From NCBI GenBank assembly GCA_035625085.1, contig DASPQG010000078.1, forward strand, positions 2,151 to 66,150: 64,000 nucleotides of DNA. The letters run 5' to 3'. Under the pieces are notes generated by a model, which was given only the letters and a program-made list of their open reading frames with translations, had not been told where the DNA came from and did not search any database. The DNA is from Thermoplasmata archaeon (GTDB taxonomy: Archaea; Thermoplasmatota; Thermoplasmata; Lutacidiplasmatales; UBA184). This document shows, piece by piece, positions 41,557 to 50,294 of this stretch (the first letter of the stretch is position 1; each line of letters starts with the position of its first letter). The position numbers were made by a program, and so were the translations under genes.

Positions 41557-43895
41557 GCGCGAGCGCGCAGTCCCTGGAGTTTCATCCGCTGCTCGAGGGA
41601 CGCGATCGTTCGGATCGTCGGGACGACGGTGTCCGCGTTGAGCGAGATCGAATCGATCCCCTGGCGCACGAGGAACTCCGCGAACTCGGGGTAGACGCTC
41701 GGCCCCTGACCGCAGATCCCCACGGTGCGGCCCTCGGCGTGAGCGCCCTCGATTAAGACCTCGATCGCTCGCTGCACCGCGGGATCGCGCTCGTCGAAGT
41801 AGCCCATCCGGCCGAGGGTCTCTGAGTCCCGGTCGGCGCCGAGGACGAGCTGGGTGAGGTCGTTCGAGCCAATCGAGAACCCGTCGCAATGCTTCGAGAA
41901 CTCCCGAGCCAGGAACGCGACCGACGGGACCTCGGCCATGAGGTAGAGCTGGAAGTCCCGGGAACGGCGGAGTCCCTGGGAACGCATCATCTCGGCGATC
42001 TCCTCGAGCTCCCAGGTGTTCCGGACGAACGGCAGCATCACCATGGCGTTCTTGAGGCCCATCTCGGTGCGCACCCGGTGGATCGCTTCGAGCTCGCAGA
42101 GGAACGCCGGTCGGTAGACCGGCGAGATGTACCGCGAGCAGCCGCGCCAGCCGATCATCGGATTCTCTTCGACCGGCTCGAACTCCTCTCCGCCGGGCAT
42201 CCCGCGGTACTCGTTCGTCTTGAAGTCGGACGTCCGGATGATCACCGGGCGGGGGTGGAACGCCTGACAGACCTTGCCGACCCCCTCGGCGAGACGTCGG
42301 ACGAGCTCCTCCTTGTGTCCCTTCTTGAGAAGGGCGAGGGGGTGTTCCCGCACATGGGCCGTGAAGATGAACTCAATGCGCAGGAGACCGACGCCCGAGA
42401 CGGGTAGCCGCGCGTACTCCTCGGCCTTCTCCGGGACGCCGACGTTAACGTAGATCTTCGTCGCGGTGATCGGCGCGGCGTCGTGCCCGACCCCGCCCGC
42501 GTGGGTAGTCGCGGCCGCCATCGCCGGCGCCGGGGCGATGCTCGCGCGGGTCCCCCGGAAGACGGACCCGGTCTTGCCGTCCACGGTCACCTCGAGCCCG
42601 TCGGAAACGAGCTTCGTCGCTTCCCGGGTCCCGACGACGCAGGGGACGCCGAGCTCGCGCGACACGATCGCGGCGTGGCAGGTCATCCCACCCTCGTCGG
42701 TGACGATCGCCGCCGCCCGGGACATCGCCGGAACCATGTCCGGCGTCGTCATGGTGGTGACCAGGATCTCGCCGGCCTTCAGCTTCTCCATCTCCGCGGC
42801 GCCGTGAAGGATCCGGGCGATCCCCGATGCGACCCCGGGGCTCGCCCCGAAGCCCCGCAGGAGCGGTGGCTCATCGGCGGGTTTCGCCGCGGCCGCCGCC
42901 GGGGGCGCCCCCTCCTTGGTGCCGCCCGGGACGGTGGATTTGGGAATCGTCGTCACGGGCCTCGCCTGCACGATGTAGAGCGCTTCCGCGTCGCCGCACC
43001 ACTCGACGTCCATCGGACGACGGTAGTGGGACTCGATGACCCGCGCGAGGGACGCGAGGCGCTGCAAGCGGACGTCCGGGAGCTTCTGCGCGGTCCGTTC
43101 TCCGACCGGGACGTCTTCACGGCGGTTCCCACCCCCCTCGGCGCGAACGAGGCGAACCTTCTGCTCAGATAACTGCTTGTGGATGATCTTGAGCGTACTA
43201 CCGTCGATCACGTAGTGGTCGGGTGTGACCTCCCCGCCGACGATCGCCTCGCCGAGGCCCCAGCCGGCCTCGACGATCATGTGGTTCTCCCCCGTGTTCG
43301 GGTCCCGCGTGAACAGGATGCCGCTCACGTCGGCGTCCACCATCTTCTGAATGAGGACGGCGAGGCGGACAGCCCGCTGGTCGAAGCCCTTGCGGTGGCG
43401 GTAGATCAGTACGCGAGGGGTGAAGAGCGACCCCCAGCACTTGCGGACCGCATTGACGACCTCCCTCGTCCCCGTGACGTTGAGATACGTGTCCTGAAGC
43501 CCCGCGAACGAGGCGCCCTCAAGGTCTTCCGCGGTCGCGCTCGAGCGCACGGCGCAGAAGCGGACCGAGTACTGCTGGGCGAACGCCTCGTAGGCGGCGG
43601 AGATCTCCTCGAGCAGAGCCGGTGGGAACGGAACGGTCTCGAACAGGTGCCGGATCCGCTGAGAAGCCGCGTCGACCGTCTCCCCCTGCTCGGGACGGAT
43701 CGATGCGAGCGCCTCGGGTAGCTCGGTCTTGAGGGCGGTGCCCTCGACGAAGGCGCTGTACGCTTCGGTCGTCAGCACGAATCCCGGCGGCACGGGAAGT
43801 CCTTCCCGGACCAGCTCGCCGAGCTTGCTCGCTTTACCCCCGACCAGCGGGAGGTCCCCCTCCGAAACCTCGCCGAGCGCCACGACGCGCGCCAT
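41553..43895 (-). CDS. ppsA: phosphoenolpyruvate synthase
   Basis: 780-aa ORF with an N-terminal ATP-grasp region (VGGKASKLGEL), the phosphohistidine motif GGMTCHAAIVSRELGVP and a C-terminal PEP-utilising TIM domain (GFSIGSNDLTQL). Confidence 0.94.
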   Translation of the reverse strand: MARVVALGEVSEGDLPLVGGKASKLGELVREGLPVPPGFVLTTEAYSAFVEGTALKTELPEALASIRPEQGETVDAASQRIRHLFETVPFPPALLEEISAAYEAFAQQYSVRFCAVRSSATAEDLEGASFAGLQDTYLNVTGTREVVNAVRKCWGSLFTPRVLIYRHRKGFDQRAVRLAVLIQKMVDADVSGILFTRDPNTGENHMIVEAGWGLGEAIVGGEVTPDHYVIDGSTLKIIHKQLSEQKVRLVRAEGGGNRREDVPVGERTAQKLPDVRLQRLASLARVIESHYRRPMDVEWCGDAEALYIVQARPVTTIPKSTVPGGTKEGAPPAAAAAKPADEPPLLRGFGASPGVASGIARILHGAAEMEKLKAGEILVTTMTTPDMVPAMSRAAAIVTDEGGMTCHAAIVSRELGVPCVVGTREATKLVSDGLEVTVDGKTGSVFRGTRASIAPAPAMAAATTHAGGVGHDAAPITATKIYVNVGVPEKAEEYARLPVSGVGLLRIEFIFTAHVREHPLALLKKGHKEELVRRLAEGVGKVCQAFHPRPVIIRTSDFKTNEYRGMPGGEEFEPVEENPMIGWRGCSRYISPVYRPAFLCELEAIHRVRTEMGLKNAMVMLPFVRNTWELEEIAEMMRSQGLRRSRDFQLYLMAEVPSVAFLAREFSKHCDGFSIGSNDLTQLVLGADRDSETLGRMGYFDERDPAVQRAIEVLIEGAHAEGRTVGICGQGPSVYPEFAEFLVRQGIDSISLNADTVVPTIRTIASLEQRMKLQGLRARA

Positions 43896-43904
43896 CGCCT
43901 GCCC

Positions 43905-44927
43905 TCACCCCGACCGCGCGAACGCGAACATCACGAGGTCCGAGGAGGGGGAGTAGGGGTGCACGACGCGCTGAGCGGCGAGCGAGAAGTCTCCGATGGG
44001 GGAGAGCGCGTTCACGAGCGTGGATCCTCTGCGTCCGAGCTCCGACCGGGGCACCACCTCGTAGTAGTACAGACGTCCCCCGGGCGTAGCGGTCCGCGCC
44101 ACCGAGGGTAGATACTTAATCCCTTCGTGAGGGAGATTCATCACCACCCGTTCGACGGGAGGAGCGGCCGGCAAAAACTCCTCGAGACGAGCGACGAGAG
44201 GGTGGATGCGTTTCGCGAACGGGTACCTCGCGAGCGTCGCCTGCAGCAGGGCGATCGCCTCGTGGTTCGCATCGACCGCGGTGACCTCGGACGCCTTCCC
44301 GAGGTGAGCTATCGTGATCGCGAAGGGCCCGACCCCGCAGCAGAGGTCGTACACACGGTCGCCCGACTGGACCTCTTCGGCGACACGGGCGTGCTCGCGT
44401 GCGAGCCGGGGGGAGAAGTACGCTCGCTCCACGTCGACGTCGAGCTCCACCCCGTTCTCCTTGTGCCGGGTCCGCCACGGGCCCGTTCCCGCGATCGGCT
44501 CCACCTCGCGGCGGCGGTCCGCCCCGTGAACGCCTCGATCGAGACCGACCAGGCGCGCCCCGGGCACGAACTTCTGAAGCGCTCCTCCGATCGACTCCTT
44601 CCGACCCTCCAGCTCCGGGGGGATTCGGATGAGCACGATGTCGCCGATGACGTCAAACGACCTCGGAAGCGACTCCTTCTCCTCCTCCGACCACGGAAGC
44701 AGATCCCGGTAGCGAGCGGGGCCCTTCCGCGGAATGATTCGGAACTCCCGCTCGACGATGGAGCCCCACGCCGGAGGAACTTCGTCCGGGTTTCCGGCCA
44801 GCGGAAGTACGAGGGACTCCTCCTCGCGGCGAATCTCGAGGTCGGAACGAAGGAGGCCGGCGTCCACGAGGTCCTGCCGGACCTCCTCGCCCCGATTTCG
44901 GGGAACGAGAAGGCCTGCCGCGATCAT
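43905..44927 (-). CDS. trm5: tRNA (guanine37-N1)-methyltransferase Trm5 (Met-10+ family)
   Basis: 340-aa ORF with FDVIGDIVLIRIP, the SAM motif VYDLCCGVGPFAI, and NLPH. The start overlaps the apgM stop as ATGA. Confidence 0.85.
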   Translation of the reverse strand: MIAAGLLVPRNRGEEVRQDLVDAGLLRSDLEIRREEESLVLPLAGNPDEVPPAWGSIVEREFRIIPRKGPARYRDLLPWSEEEKESLPRSFDVIGDIVLIRIPPELEGRKESIGGALQKFVPGARLVGLDRGVHGADRRREVEPIAGTGPWRTRHKENGVELDVDVERAYFSPRLAREHARVAEEVQSGDRVYDLCCGVGPFAITIAHLGKASEVTAVDANHEAIALLQATLARYPFAKRIHPLVARLEEFLPAAPPVERVVMNLPHEGIKYLPSVARTATPGGRLYYYEVVPRSELGRRGSTLVNALSPIGDFSLAAQRVVHPYSPSSDLVMFAFARSG

Positions 44928-46255
44928 GACCCTGGGGCCGGAGGATGGAACAAGAGCGGCATCACGTCGGCGCCGGTCCTCCGCCCGAGCGCTCCATGGG
45001 CGGCTGCGGCTTCGCCGAACTTGACCGACCTCGCCCCCTCCGCCACGGGAACTCCTGCCCCGGCGAGGAGCAGCGGCACCGGGTCATCGGAGTGCCCTTT
45101 CAGTATGCACGGTGTGGCGTGATCCGCCGTCACGGCCACACGGACGCGAGTGAGGTCGAGCCCCTCGAGGAAAGGACCGAAGAACGACCGGTCGATCGCC
45201 TCCACGATCTCTCGCTTCAGCGGCGCGTTCCCGTCGTGTCCGGGCTCGTCCGGCCCTTTGAGGTGAACGTAGACGAACCGGCTTCGCCCCAAGAGCTCCT
45301 TCGTCACCGCCGCGCGCTCGCGATACCCGGCGTCCCGGTCAGCGCCCATCGGGCCGACGTAGCGGTCCTCGAGGCCGAGCACGCGGGCGATCCCGCGCTC
45401 GACGGGCATCTCGGTGACCGCGGCGCCTCCGACACCGTACTTCGCCGCGAAGGACGGACACGGATGCTCCGGAAGCGCCCCTGCGTTCCGGACGAGCAGA
45501 CCGTTCGCGACCTTCTTCCCCCCGAGCGCCCTTCGCGCGTTCACCCGGTGGCCCGCCAGCACGTCCCGCGCTCGAAGGAGGAACAGGTTGATTGCGCGCG
45601 CCGTTCGCGCCGCTTCGGGTGTCCCGTCGATCGGGGTCACGTCGAGCACCTTCGGCGCCTCCGGACGACGCGCCTGGCCCATCCCGCCCACCTTCTCGTA
45701 AAACGGGTCGGCGTTCGTCACCTCGGGAGAAAGGGGACCGCCCCCGGTCGGGTGGAGCCAGAGGACCCCGCGATGCCCCACGGTCGACCGCACCTCGGCC
45801 CGGATCTCCTCGGCGGCGAGGAGGTTTGCCTCGGTCAGGCTCCGGGCGAGCTCGCGGGCCTCGTTCGTGCCGAGAGAGCGACCGACCCGAGAATCAATAA
45901 CCGTACCATCCCCATCGATCGTGGCGAAGTTGAGTCGGAGAGAGACGTCTCCAGGGGCGAGCGGGATCTCCACTCCGAGCGCTTCCAGAACGCCCCGCCC
46001 GGGCGAATCGCGCACCGGGTCGTAGCCCAGCAATGCGAACACACCCGCATCCGACTCCGGGGCGACTCCGGGACCTACGACGACGATCTCTCCGATCATT
46101 CCCCCGGCGGTGAGCCGGTCCAGGTTCGGGGTCTTCGCCGCCTCGACGGGACTCCGATTCTCCGTCGCGGGATGGGGGCGATCCGCAAGTCCGTCGAGGA
46201 CAACCAATGCCAGGGACAGGCCCGGCTCACCGCCGGGTCGACTCGTGGTTGCCAT
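44924..46255 (-). CDS. apgM: 2,3-bisphosphoglycerate-independent phosphoglycerate mutase, archaeal type
   Basis: 443-aa ORF with LVVLDGLADRP, YVHLKGPDEPGHDG and VTADHATP. Confidence 0.88.
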   Translation of the reverse strand: MATTSRPGGEPGLSLALVVLDGLADRPHPATENRSPVEAAKTPNLDRLTAGGMIGEIVVVGPGVAPESDAGVFALLGYDPVRDSPGRGVLEALGVEIPLAPGDVSLRLNFATIDGDGTVIDSRVGRSLGTNEARELARSLTEANLLAAEEIRAEVRSTVGHRGVLWLHPTGGGPLSPEVTNADPFYEKVGGMGQARRPEAPKVLDVTPIDGTPEAARTARAINLFLLRARDVLAGHRVNARRALGGKKVANGLLVRNAGALPEHPCPSFAAKYGVGGAAVTEMPVERGIARVLGLEDRYVGPMGADRDAGYRERAAVTKELLGRSRFVYVHLKGPDEPGHDGNAPLKREIVEAIDRSFFGPFLEGLDLTRVRVAVTADHATPCILKGHSDDPVPLLLAGAGVPVAEGARSVKFGEAAAAHGALGRRTGADVMPLLFHPPAPGS

Positions 46256-46292
46256 CAGCTAATAAGGAGGGGCCGGTCTGACCCCCCGTTCC

Positions 46293-47369
46293 GTGGCGCC
46301 ACAACCTCAGGGCCGCTTTAGGCGTTTCCTTGCGACGCGGATCGGTTGGGTCCTGCTCTACGCGCTCGCCACCCTCGTCGTCATCTTCTCGATGTACCTC
46401 AACGTGCTCATCGCCATCCCGGCGGTCCTACTCTTCGGGCTGGCGGTCCCCATCTGGTCCGGTCACAAGCGCCCCCGATACCTGGCCCTCGGTGGCGTGA
46501 TCATCGTGGTCGCGAGCGCACCGCTCGCGAACGCGCTGTTCACCCAGCTGCTCCAGACCCCCGTGGGGGCCGCGGCCTCGGGAAGCGGCGGTGTGTTCTC
46601 GAACGGCCCGCCGCTGATGCAGAACGCTACGGTCACGCCCTACACCGGCACGAAGAGCACCAACTTCACCTGGAGCGTCACCATATTTCCGGCGAACCAT
46701 CCAATCGGGAATACGACCCCGAACGAGCTCGATCTTTACATCAGCGATTGTCCCGGAGCGACTGGCAACAACTCCACGTACTGTTCTCCCGGATACACCC
46801 TGATCGTCCTCCAGAACAAGACCCTCCCGAACACCACGAGCCCGTACACGGTGACGTTCCACTACCGGATCGGGTCGAACGGCATCTGGGCGTGGCAGAT
46901 GGGGATCTGGACGGAGAACTCCACCACCAAGAAGCCGTACTTCCAGCTCCTCATCGGGGACCCCCAGTACAACGGCATCGAGGGGCCTGTCATCGGAGGC
47001 TTCTGGGTGATCTACGGCTTGGTGCTCGAGGATGCCTTCTTCGAGGACTTCCTGTTCATCGCTGCGCCGTACTTCGGGCTCCTGCTCGTCTACATGCTGT
47101 TCAAGGCGCGCGAGCGCCGGCGCAAGGAGGCCGAGCAGCGGGCTCCCGGCCCGTTGCCTCCCGCGGGCGGTGGCCCGCGCCAAGCGGAGGCGAAGGAGGC
47201 CCCCCTCCCGTCGTCGTCCGGCGGTCCTCCGGCCGCAACCGCGTCGGCCTCCTCCGAGCTCAACTGTCCGAAGTGCAACGCGGTGGTCTATGCCGGCGAG
47301 CAGACCTGCTGGAAGTGCGGTGCCCCGCTCCCGGCGACGACCGCGCCCGCCGGGAAGACCTCCAGCTGA
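46293..47369 (+). CDS. polytopic membrane glycoprotein with a cytoplasmic C-terminal zinc ribbon (hypothetical)
   Basis: 358-aa ORF (GTG start). It has N-terminal TM helices and an exposed domain with sequons (NATV, NFTW, NTTP, NNST, NKTL, NTTS, NSTT). A TM (FLFIAAPYFGLLLVYMLF) plus RERRRK follows, then CPKC-x10-CWKC at 47265..47318. Confidence 0.75.
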   Translation: MAPQPQGRFRRFLATRIGWVLLYALATLVVIFSMYLNVLIAIPAVLLFGLAVPIWSGHKRPRYLALGGVIIVVASAPLANALFTQLLQTPVGAAASGSGGVFSNGPPLMQNATVTPYTGTKSTNFTWSVTIFPANHPIGNTTPNELDLYISDCPGATGNNSTYCSPGYTLIVLQNKTLPNTTSPYTVTFHYRIGSNGIWAWQMGIWTENSTTKKPYFQLLIGDPQYNGIEGPVIGGFWVIYGLVLEDAFFEDFLFIAAPYFGLLLVYMLFKARERRRKEAEQRAPGPLPPAGGGPRQAEAKEAPLPSSSGGPPAATASASSELNCPKCNAVVYAGEQTCWKCGAPLPATTAPAGKTSS

Positions 47370-47417
47370 AGTTCTCCCGTTCTGACGGAGACGTCGAGGG
47401 ACCGGTCCGACCCCGAA

Positions 47418-48995
47418 CTACGTCGCGGAGTACGTGGTGGTGTCGTAGATCCAGCCCACGATCGTGACGCCGTTATAGACGGTGAGCGTCAGGAAGAACT
47501 CGAGCGTCCCGAGGCTCGAAGGCTTCCAGCGCCCCCCGGACGGGTTGATGGTGATCGACGAGCCCTGGTTAACGGACGTGGTGCCGATCGTCCAGTGAGC
47601 CGTGCCGTTCCCCGTGTTGGAGACCCAGACCGTCCCGGAGAACGAAAGCGACGCGGGTCCGCCGAGTGCCGTGGTCCAGTTGTCCCATACCGTCACGTTG
47701 CCGTAGCCGCACGTGGGGGGTGAGCCGGTGGTGGTGCAGGTGTGCGAGGGGGGTACCTTCGTGTAGAACACGGCTCCTTGGACGTAAAGTGGAGTGGCAA
47801 TGGTAAGCGACCCGCTCGCCGAACCCACTCCGGTGATCGTGGCCGAGACGTTCACCCAGACCGACGAGTTCAGGAGCCACGAGGAGAACGACCCACCGCC
47901 CGGCCAGATCGCGTAGACCGTCATGGTCGACGGCCCCGAGATTTTGAGGGGTTGCGCCGGCCCGGTGAGCGGGGTCGAGGTCTTGGAGTGCGCCGTGAAC
48001 GGGGCGTGAGGAGTTTGGTTCACCCAGAAGGAGACGTTGAGGGCGGCGTTGGTCAAGGTGCCGGTATACGTAATCACCGCCGCGAAGTAGTCCGCCCCGA
48101 TGAAATTCGTCGGCGGTTGCGGTACCGCCACCACCTCGACCGTGATGGGGATCCCGCCCGGATTGCTGATGATCGTGATGACGACCGTTCCGATCGCCGT
48201 CTGCCCGGTGCCATTCAGGCCCGAGGCATTGACGAATCCATAGAACGTCCCGTTCAACTTGGTCACGCCGGTGCTGACGTTGTAAATCCACTGCCCTAGA
48301 CCATTCAACGTCATCCGCTGGGGAGTGGCCGGGGCTCCCGGGACGGAACCCAGGTTGACGTACACCGAGTTCATCTTGTAGGAGCCCGTCAGCGCCGCGT
48401 AGACGACGAACGGCTGCCCGATAATCGGGGTGGATGGGACGGTGTAGGTCGACACGACCGTCGGCGGCGTGTGGAACGTCGTGCCGGGGAGAATCACGCT
48501 GAACAGCAGCTGCGATTGGGAGACAATGTAGATCGTGATGTTGCTGGCGGCCTGCGGCATCTGCGTGATGGGGAACGTCAAGGTCCAGATCTGCCCAAGG
48601 TTCCAGATCGTGGAACCGCCGGGGAGCCCGGAGGCCACCGTGTACGGGCTCTGGAACTCAGGAGCCGTCGGCTGGTTCGCGGACTTGAGGTAGATGAGCC
48701 CGCTCCCGGGAACCTGCGGTCCGGCGAGATGGACGATGCGGATCCCGGCGACCCACTTGAGCGTCCCATTCGACGGATAGAACAGCGAGGCCTGGAACTG
48801 GTTATTGTTCTGGGCCGGAGGGGAAGGGAACGTCGTGACGAACGCGAAGATCGCCGCGAAGAGGGTAACGGTCAGCGCCAGAAGAAGAATCGTCGCAATG
48901 ACGTCCGAAATCCCCCGCCCGCGTCGCTGGATTCCCCGCCGGTGGGACGAACTTGCGCGCCACCGGCTCCGCATGCCTGCCATGGATCGAATCAC
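47418..48995 (-). CDS. large secreted protein with an archaeal type IV pilin-like (class III) signal peptide (Pilin_N/DUF1628-like)
   Basis: 525-aa ORF (GTG 48995; alternative ATGs at 48983 and 48974). It has RRGRG-ISDVIATILLLALTVTLFAAIFAFV near the N-terminus. About 13 N-X-S/T sequons by eye, and Thr/Gly/Val-rich beta-type sequence. Confidence 0.8.
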   Translation of the reverse strand: MIRSMAGMRSRWRASSSHRRGIQRRGRGISDVIATILLLALTVTLFAAIFAFVTTFPSPPAQNNNQFQASLFYPSNGTLKWVAGIRIVHLAGPQVPGSGLIYLKSANQPTAPEFQSPYTVASGLPGGSTIWNLGQIWTLTFPITQMPQAASNITIYIVSQSQLLFSVILPGTTFHTPPTVVSTYTVPSTPIIGQPFVVYAALTGSYKMNSVYVNLGSVPGAPATPQRMTLNGLGQWIYNVSTGVTKLNGTFYGFVNASGLNGTGQTAIGTVVITIISNPGGIPITVEVVAVPQPPTNFIGADYFAAVITYTGTLTNAALNVSFWVNQTPHAPFTAHSKTSTPLTGPAQPLKISGPSTMTVYAIWPGGGSFSSWLLNSSVWVNVSATITGVGSASGSLTIATPLYVQGAVFYTKVPPSHTCTTTGSPPTCGYGNVTVWDNWTTALGGPASLSFSGTVWVSNTGNGTAHWTIGTTSVNQGSSITINPSGGRWKPSSLGTLEFFLTLTVYNGVTIVGWIYDTTTYSAT

Positions 48996-49175
48996 GGTGA
49001 TGGGGCTGCGCCCGAATACCGCTGTAAAGAGGTGGGAGGGCTCTATTTAGTCGTTATCGTCCGTCCTCGTCCTCCCGACCCCGGACGGCTCGCGTCGGAC
49101 TCCCCGCGAGAGCTGCGGACAACACTGGCGGCTCGGCACCGAACTTGCGAGGAGCACGCCGCCTGTTTGGGATTC

Positions 49176-49224
49176 GGAGAAAAGAATCAGGAAAAGGTTG
49201 GACCCTCCCGCTCTCGCGGGAGGG
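49176..49224 (-). terminator. hairpin plus U-tracts downstream of the small pilin-like gene
   Basis: The minus strand reads CCCTCCCGC-GAGA-GCGGGAGGG (9-bp stem, 49203..49224). It is followed by TCCAACCTTTTCCTGATTCTTTTCTCC. Confidence 0.5.
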
Positions 49225-49247
49225 TTGGTACGACTCCGTCCGCTCCC

Positions 49248-49832
49248 TTACTGGAAGCTGTTCGACGGCACCGTGCCGCTGTAGCCGTTCACGCCGATCG
49301 CGACGAGCTGGAAGCCGAACAGACCGGAAGCGTGCGTTGGCGCGACCTGAATGACGATGGTGAACCCACCGCCGATCGTTCCCGCAAACGTTCCCAAGTT
49401 CGTCCACGCCGAAGTGTTCGTGTTGTACGACGCGACGGGTCCGGTTCCCACGGACGGGCTGATCAGCTTCACGGCGTCGGACGCTGTCACCCAGGGAATC
49501 GTCGCCCCGAGCGTGTTCCGCAGCGCCAGCTGGAAGTTCGACGTGCCGACACCGCCACCGGCTCCCGCGATCTCAATGCTGTAGCAGTACGAGGCGGTCG
49601 CCGACGTGCATCCCGTGGTCGTCGACCCCGTGATGTTGAACGGCGTTCCCCACGAGAAGTTCGTTCCCAGGGGCGCCGATCCCGTACCGTGCGTCAGCCC
49701 CGAGATCAGCACATAGAGCACGGCGGCCAGCACGACCGTAATCGCCACGAGCAAGATCGTAGCGATGATCGGCGACACTCCGCGCTTCCGCGCCTTTCTC
49801 CAGCTTCGTTCGTTCTTTCCGAAGACGTTCAT
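49248..49832 (-). CDS. archaeal type IV pilin-like protein (Pilin_N/DUF1628-like)
   Basis: Track ORF 49248..50105 trimmed to ATG 49832, with GGAGG 8 nt upstream. Sequence starts MNVFGKNERSWRKARKRG-VSPIIATILLVAITVVLAAVLYVLISG. The mature part of about 170 aa has sequons. Confidence 0.85.
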   Translation of the reverse strand: MNVFGKNERSWRKARKRGVSPIIATILLVAITVVLAAVLYVLISGLTHGTGSAPLGTNFSWGTPFNITGSTTTGCTSATASYCYSIEIAGAGGGVGTSNFQLALRNTLGATIPWVTASDAVKLISPSVGTGPVASYNTNTSAWTNLGTFAGTIGGGFTIVIQVAPTHASGLFGFQLVAIGVNGYSGTVPSNSFQ

Positions 49833-49965
49833 CCGCGTTCGTTCCTCCGTTTCGTGGGCCCTTCGACCCGCGGGTGAGGGTATGGCCGATATCAGGTATT
49901 TGAAACTACGGGGCAGTGGAAACGGCGCAAAACGAAGCTCACATCGTTCATTGACGTAATACGCA

Positions 49966-49981
49966 TCAATGCGCATATTGA
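49966..49981. promoter_or_regulatory. inverted repeat TCAAT-N6-ATTGA containing the perfect palindrome ATGCGCAT (49969..49976)
   Basis: Read directly in the AT-richer pilin/RHH intergenic region. Confidence 0.35.
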
Positions 49982-49987
49982 CACACC

Positions 49988-50008
49988 TTCGCACGTCAGA
50001 GAACGCAC
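49988..50008 (+). repeat. direct repeat copy 1 (TTCG-CACGTCAGAGAACGCAC)
   Basis: The 12-nt core CACGTCAGAGAA at 49992..50003 is identical to 50188..50199. Confidence 0.6.
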
Positions 50009-50030
50009 GGTGGGGCTTCACCCGGAAGCG

Positions 50031-50294
50031 GTCGAACCGCTCGTGCGACCGATGGATCTCACGGTTCGGGAGCATGCGGAAGTGCGCCGGACAATGACCT
50101 CTCACGTCCGCACGTGCGCGTTACGGGGGTTATACTGAATCGATCGGCTCTGCAGGTGGTGTTCGACCACTACAAATCGATGTTCGACACGTCAGAGAAT
50201 GCGCTTATTGCGGCCAGGCCCTCGCTCTTATCGGTCGAGTGTGGCTGTGTTTAAGTAGATGGACTTTCCATCCCTCTGCTCGACTGTGTTCGAC
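50031..50294. promoter_or_regulatory. cluster of four GTTCGAC / GTCGAAC heptamers (candidate operator sites)
   Basis: GTCGAAC lies at 50031..50037 in inverted orientation. GTTCGAC lies at 50161..50167, 50182..50188 and 50288..50294; each of these three is preceded by T, giving TGTTCGAC. A 6/7 copy, CTTCGAC, lies at 49861..49867. Confidence 0.45.
50183..50204 (+). repeat. direct repeat copy 2 (TTCGACACGTCAGAGAATGCGC)
   Basis: Same 12-nt core as copy 1, 196 bp downstream, fused to one of the TGTTCGAC motifs. Confidence 0.6.

Noticed and set aside
50159-50254. 31-codon ORF (V/M)FDHYKSMFDTSENALIAARPSLLSVECGCV in the pilin/RHH intergenic region as a real gene.
   Set aside because: It is too short and carries no recognisable motif. 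Its start coincides with a repeated DNA motif that is more simply explained as an operator. It is kept only as a possibility inside the regulatory-region finding.
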